A DNA stretch of 60,893 bases, taken from positions 1-60,893 of the IMG/VR virus record IMGVR_UViG_3300035704_000009. One strand, 5' to 3'. Shown piece by piece: positions 55,409 to 60,893 of the stretch (positions are counted from its first letter, which is position 1; each line of letters begins with the position of its first letter). Under the pieces are notes generated by a model. That model ran no database searches and was not told the DNA's origin. It saw only the letters and a program-made list of their open reading frames with translations. A program made the position numbers and the translations under genes. Origin of the DNA: a virus (lineage: Duplodnaviria > Caudoviricetes).

Positions 55409-58400
55409 ATGAGCAACACCGACATCCTCAACACCGAGACGACCTGCTGGGCCGACCCGCTGACCCGGGCCGAGCGCCGCGTCCTGCGCGAGAAGCTGGC
55501 CCGGTCATGCAAGCGTTTCTACGACGCCGCAACCACGACGCGCGGTCAGCGGCGGCTCACGACCCGCGAGGTTATCCACTCGGCGCTGCTCGCTTCCGCC
55601 GAGATGTCCGACCTGCACCTGGACGTGACCGAGCGGGCAGAGGTGCCGGCACGATGAGCCAGCCAGCGCGGATGCCGAAGGGCGTCATGGACTACCTGGA
55701 GAACGGCACCACGCCTGCCGAGCAGGTAGTGGCCGAGGCTGAGTCCGCCCTCGGTGACCCGCGCAGTTATGAGCGCGCCGTCGCATGGCAGGCCGAGCGT
55801 CCCCGCGCCGTCCACCAGACCGGCCGCCCCATCATGACCATGCTCGCGGACGCGCTCAGCAGCGACGACGAGCCGGAGGCCTGAGCAATGCCCAGCAGCA
55901 TTGGCCAGACGCCGTTCGTCCTCGCCGAGATTGCCGACCCCGCCGCGACCGGCGCGAGCGTCCGATACTCACAGGGCTGGAACTGCTCAGGCACCGACGA
56001 TCACGAGGTCATGCAGGTTGTCCGTCACCCTGACGGTGCCGAGCATCGCTACGTCATCATGCGGGGGCTCTCCTCGGCCAAGGCTGCGGCCATCGTGATG
56101 ATCCTGAACGCCCCGGAGGCCTGAGCGATGCCCCGTGCAGACGTCATCAACCTGCTGGCCCAGTATCACGAGTGCCCGGCAGGTGCCATGACCGCCATCT
56201 GGGACCAGACACTCGCCGCGTTCAGGCAGGCGATGGCCGAGTTCGGGATCGGCGAGCACCCCGGCGGCTGCTGCCCTGACCCTGCCTGCCAGTGCTGCTC
56301 GCTGGAGCCGCTGATTAGCGCGCGGGCCTTTGAACTGCTCGGCATCGAGGAGGGCTGACCGATGACGCCGACCTACCGCTTCCGTGGCGTGAACCCCAAG
56401 GGCGTGTCCAGCTTCGGCCGGTTCGTGACCAGCGACCTGCCCGCGCACACCGAGATGCGGTTCCGGCAGGGCTGGCGCTCGCTGCTGATCTGCTCAGGCG
56501 ATGGCCCGGTCCCGCCCGCACCTGACGACGGGCACAAGGTGGCCGGGATCGAGCGGCACCCGGAGACGGGCAAGCGCACCTGGTGGGCCGAGAGCATCCC
56601 GGGCACCATGACCTGCGACCGCCACGGCGAGGTCCCTTACGAGCACGCCTGCCGACGTCCCGGCGAGTCCCCCATGGAGTTCACCGGCCGCGTGCTGGGC
56701 GAGAGGCAGTGCGGGTGATGGCCATGGCCGCGAACGACATCCTCCTCGCCGCCACGCCTGAGGCCCAGGACCCTGCCGCCGAAGTCCGCGAGCGCACTGA
56801 GCAGATCCGCGCCATCCTTTCCGGCCAGGAGGTCGACGTGCCCCTGGTCCTGACAGCCGGGGTGCCGGTCGTGCTGGACGGGGCGGACCCGGATGCGGAC
56901 CTTGCCTATGCGGCCGAGCGTGCCGACTACGACCCGGGGGAGCGCTGAGGGATGACTGACATCAAGGTAGGCGACGAGGTCCGGGTGCTGCCGACTCGCC
57001 ACACCCTCCGCAGGCAGCCGCAGTGGAGACTCTCGGCCGAGGGCTATCGCGGGACAGTGATCAGGACCGGCAAGAAGTACGCCACCGCCACCTACGAGTA
57101 CATCTGGACGGTTGACGGCACGGAGACGCGCCGCACAGGCGAGATCGTGTTCGACATGGAGAGCGGCTGCCAGCGCGGGAGCAATGAGTTCTACGTGCGG
57201 ACGCCGGAGCAACTCGCCCGCACTGAACGTCTGAAGACCGCCCTGTTCCACCTCGAAAACGTGGGCGTTGAGGTGAGTTCCGCTGCCCGGCTCTTGCTCA
57301 CCGTTGAGCAGATCGAGGCGCTGGCCGAGGTAGCCAAGACCTTCACCGAGCAGGAGGGCTGATCATGGACGCCTTTGAAATCGACACCGAGTACGACCAG
57401 GACCACTCCGACGACGGGGTGAGCCGCTACGGCTCCTACGTCCGGGACCGGATGAGCGCCTTCGCCGAGGCCTGGGATGGCACCTGGGACGACGGCACGG
57501 TGCCGTTCGCCTGCACGGCGTGGCGCACCGCAACCGGCCCCGTGATGGCCCCGGGCTACGTCCGCCGCCATCCCCGCATCCTCTCGGCGCAGATCGTCCG
57601 GAACGAGTGGGACGGATCACTGGCCGCCGACGTCAGCCTGATCACCGGCTGGCCTTCGGCGCTCCTGAAGCTCACGGCGTGGTACGACTGGCCGTCCGAA
57701 CACAGCTTCCTCAGCGACCGCGAGGTGTTCACCGAGCCCAGCGGCGAGGACGTGATCAGGCACCAGTTCCTGCTGCCCAGCGCGCGGCTGTGCTTCTCCA
57801 TGCCGGTCGCCCAGGCCGCCTTGCCGCTTCCTGCCGAGTCCTGGGCCAGGGGCCATGTCGTCGAGGAGGCCGCCCGGCAGGCCGTGGCCATCCTCGTCCG
57901 TGGCCTGAACGCCATCACCGGCCCGGTGCTCAGGCGTATCGAGGAAGGCTGACATGCCTGCCCCGGCCCGCTCCCCGGATGCCCGGACTGCCGCCGCCGC
58001 GATCCCCGAGGCGGTCCGCGTCCTCGCCGCTCTCACGGACGGCGACCCGGGGGACGTACTCGGCGACCCGGCTGCGGCTGGCGCGGTGATCGCGGACCTG
58101 CACCTGGCCGCCCAGCGGACACAGCACGTCCTGGACCAGATCGCCCGGAAGCTCACCGCCGGCTACGAGGCGGCCCGGGACGGGAAGGCAGGCGATGGCT
58201 CCGGCCCGGCCCGGTACGCCCTGGACCAGGCCACCTCGGGGCTGTGGGACGCCGCCGCCGACGCAGCCCAGATCATGACCCACCTGGCGCGTGCGGCTGC
58301 CGCGGTCAGGGACATGGACTCACCGCGCCGCGATGAGAAGGAAGATGACCGATGACCGCCACCACCGAGACCGCCGCCGCCACCCGCACCTGCCCGCCGA

Positions 58401-60357
58401 GCGCCATAGCCGATCAGATCATCCGCTGGGACGAGGTGCGCGAAGGGGACGCCGTGCTCCACAGCGGCCACCTTTCGCCGGTCGAGCAGTGGCACCTGCA
58501 TGTGAACCGGCCCGATCTCTACGTGACCGTCAGGATCGAGGGCCTGTGGTCCACCGTCCAGCGGGACTGGCTCACCGCCGTCCGCCGCTACAGCGAGAGC
58601 AGCGACGATGACGCTCTCGTTCTCGCCGCCCTGGACGAGGCTGCGGAGGACCGGACCGAGCGTGCCTCCCGCTGGTGCACGGACTGCACCGAGACAGGGG
58701 AGGGGCCTTGCGCTTGCCAGCGTGACCACCTGGACCGGGCCAGCCAGTACCGGGAACTGCGGGACAGGCTGGAGGCTGGCCGTGGCTGAGTCGATCGTGG
58801 TCACGCGCACCGGCCGCGCGCTCACTGAGGACCAGGAGCGCCGGCTGGCTATCGCGGCCTTCTATGGCGTCACCGCCAGCGTGGAGCGGTCGCTGCCGTC
58901 GCTGGAGCGGCGCGGGCTGGCCGAGCGGTACTGGCACAAGACATCGGGCCGCCGCTGGCGCTCGTGGCGCGTCACAGCCGCCGGACGGGCCACCGCCCTC
59001 CGTTTGCGCTATGACCGGGCGGGCCGGTACCCGGTCTACTGCGCACTGTGCGGCGAGGGGCTTGACCGCTGGTATTTCGGCGGCCGTGCGCCGATGTGCC
59101 CCGCTTGTCACGGCAAGCGCGGGCCAGTGCTCCACCCCGCACGTTGGGAGATGGACCCAGCGCGAGTCCGGCCGGCTGCCTATGCGGTCTGGGTGGAGTG
59201 GGCAGGTGATCCCCGGTGACCACCGACCCCCAGCCTCCGGCCGACGAGGTAACCCTGCGCCTCCAGCACCTCCGCGCGATGCTCGGCGACCTGGACGGGT
59301 ACATCCAGCGCCGCGCCGAGGACCTGGCTGTGCCGATAGTCCGGGACGCCGAGGCACGGGCCCGGCTGGCGGTCACCGACGCGGCGGGGGAGACCCAGCG
59401 GCTGCGGGACCTCGTGGAGGAACTGCGGAAGCGCATCGCGGTCGCGGACCGGCAGCGGGACGAGATGAACGCGGCCCGCCGCATCCTCGCCGCCGCCCTG
59501 GGGGAGCCAGCGGGCGCGCTGCCACTGTCCTACTTTGCCGATCGCGTCACCGGGGCCCTGACCGTCCACCAGTGCCCCGCCATCGGCATCATGACCCTCC
59601 CCTGCTGTGGCAGGGATGCGGGCGAGATACGGGAGCCCATCCGGGTGTCCACCGACCCGGGGAAGGTCACCTGTGAGGGCAAGAGCAGCAGCGAGGAGAG
59701 CAGTGATGGCACAGACGAGAGCTGAGCACCTGAAGTGGGCCAAGGACCGCGCCCTTGAGTACGCCGACCAGGGCGACGTGGCCCAGGCGATGGCCTCGCT
59801 GGGTTCCGACCTGAACAAGCATCCGGAGACCAAGGATCACAGCGGCATGGAACTGATGATGCTGCTCGCCATGTCCGGCCGCCTGGATGCGCCGGGTGAG
59901 CTGCGGAAGTTCATTGAGGGGTTCCAGTGATGAGCGAGGCCACCCCAGATCAGGTGACCGCCCAGTGATCACGCAGCGCCTGATCCTCGACGGCGGGTAC
60001 CCGGACGGCACCTGGACCTGTCCCGGCTGCCGTTCACCGCTCACCGAGGGCCTGATCCAGCACCCGGACGACTGCCAGGAACTGCGACGCGGGAACGCGC
60101 CCGGCCCGCTGCCATCGGTGGCTCAGGCTGAATCGTGGATGCTGAATCGCGGCTGGGAGCCTGACCGGCCTGGGCTGCACGGAAGGCTCTGGCGGCCACC
60201 CGGCCGGCCAGAGGATGCCGTGGCTGTCCTGTTCACCGGCGATGGCGTCGAATTCCCCGGCTCGCTGGAACGCATCACCAAGAGGTCCGGCCTTCCGTTC
60301 GGTGAGGTGCTGGCCGGGATGCGGGCTACCGGGGTGGGGGAGAGCAGCGATGGCTGA
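55409..60357 (+). other. Array of small hypothetical early ORFs (55409-55657, 55654-55884, 55888-56124, 56128-56358, 56362-56718, 56718-56948, 56952-57362, 57365-57952, 57954-58355, 58352-58789, 58782-59219, 59216-59725, 59706-59930, 59930-60357)
   Basis: Tightly packed ORFs with GGAGG RBSs or overlaps; no recognisable motifs. Confidence 0.55.
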
Positions 60358-60877
60358 GCACTGGCCGGTCCTGACTGTTCGCCAGCCCTGGTGCTGGGCC
60401 ATCGTGCACGGCGGCAAGCCGGTCGAGAACCGCTCCTGGGCGGTGCGGTACAGAGGGCCGGTCTGGCTGCACGCCGGAGCGCGGTCGCGGTGGGACCCGG
60501 CCGGCGGCCAGAGCCCGCTGATGCGCCAGCAGTGGAAGCGGTGGCTGCGGGCCAGCGTGCCGGACTGGCCCGGCCTCCCGGCCTCCGATGTCACCCTTGG
60601 CCGCAGGACCACCCTGATGCCGTTCGGTGCCGTGGTGGCCCTGGCGCACGTCGCTGGCTGCCACCCGTCAGAGCGCTGCCAGCAGCCCCCCGCGCACCGG
60701 TTCGCGCTGCCTACGTTCTGCTCACCGTGGGCCATCGCCGGCCAGTGCCACGTCGTGCTGAGGGGTATCTGCCCGCTCCCTGAGGCCGTCCCCTGCAAGG
60801 GCGCGCTCGGCCTCTGGCGTCTCCCTGACGAGGTGGAGAAGGCCGTACGGGAGCAACTGGAGGACAGCCGTGCCTGA
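60350..60877 (+). CDS. ASCH-domain protein
   Basis: LTVRQPWCWAIVHGGKPVENRSW...YRGPVWLHAG...KGALGLW. Confidence 0.85.
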   Translation: MAEHWPVLTVRQPWCWAIVHGGKPVENRSWAVRYRGPVWLHAGARSRWDPAGGQSPLMRQQWKRWLRASVPDWPGLPASDVTLGRRTTLMPFGAVVALAHVAGCHPSERCQQPPAHRFALPTFCSPWAIAGQCHVVLRGICPLPEAVPCKGALGLWRLPDEVEKAVREQLEDSRA

Positions 60878-60893
60878 CAAGCTCCCGCACGGT

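Noticed and set aside
1-60893. tRNA/rRNA genes, integrase, reverse transcriptase/DGR, tail and lysis genes
   Set aside because: None recognised by eye. They may lie outside the window; a covariance/HMM scan would be needed to exclude tRNAs.

Overview
High-GC (about 70% by eye) actinobacterial temperate phage/prophage segment. Tail, lysis and integrase genes are not in the window. Layout: 1-18.3 kb is a minus-strand head/packaging operon (major capsid 5' end, decoration protein, Mu-like protease/scaffold, low-complexity core proteins, ParB-like, MuF-like, portal, terminase). About 20-28 kb is a Streptomyces-plasmid-like conjugation module (TraB FtsK/SpoIIIE translocase, clt-like repeats, spread-type membrane proteins, transglycosylase, NlpC/P60, signal peptidase II). 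28-35.8 kb holds regulators and a repressor/Cro switch. 35.8-60.9 kb is a plus-strand early region (exonuclease, HNH, C5 methyltransferase, replication initiator, primase-helicase, SSB, WhiB, MazG, EndoVII, ASCH, many small ORFs). Main discovery: three catalytically intact, transposase-free tnpB cassettes sit in the head operon. The predicted guide just past each right end corresponds to a divergent allele of the adjacent head gene: SSLDGP of the major capsid protein, the C-terminus of a core protein, and RAPFK of the MuF-like protein. The resident alleles differ from the guides, and displaced remnants of the old gene ends flank two of the cassettes. This is inferred to be an RNA-guided homing / allele-replacement (gene-drive-like) system acting between related phages. 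All product calls come from motif recognition only; no database searches were run.
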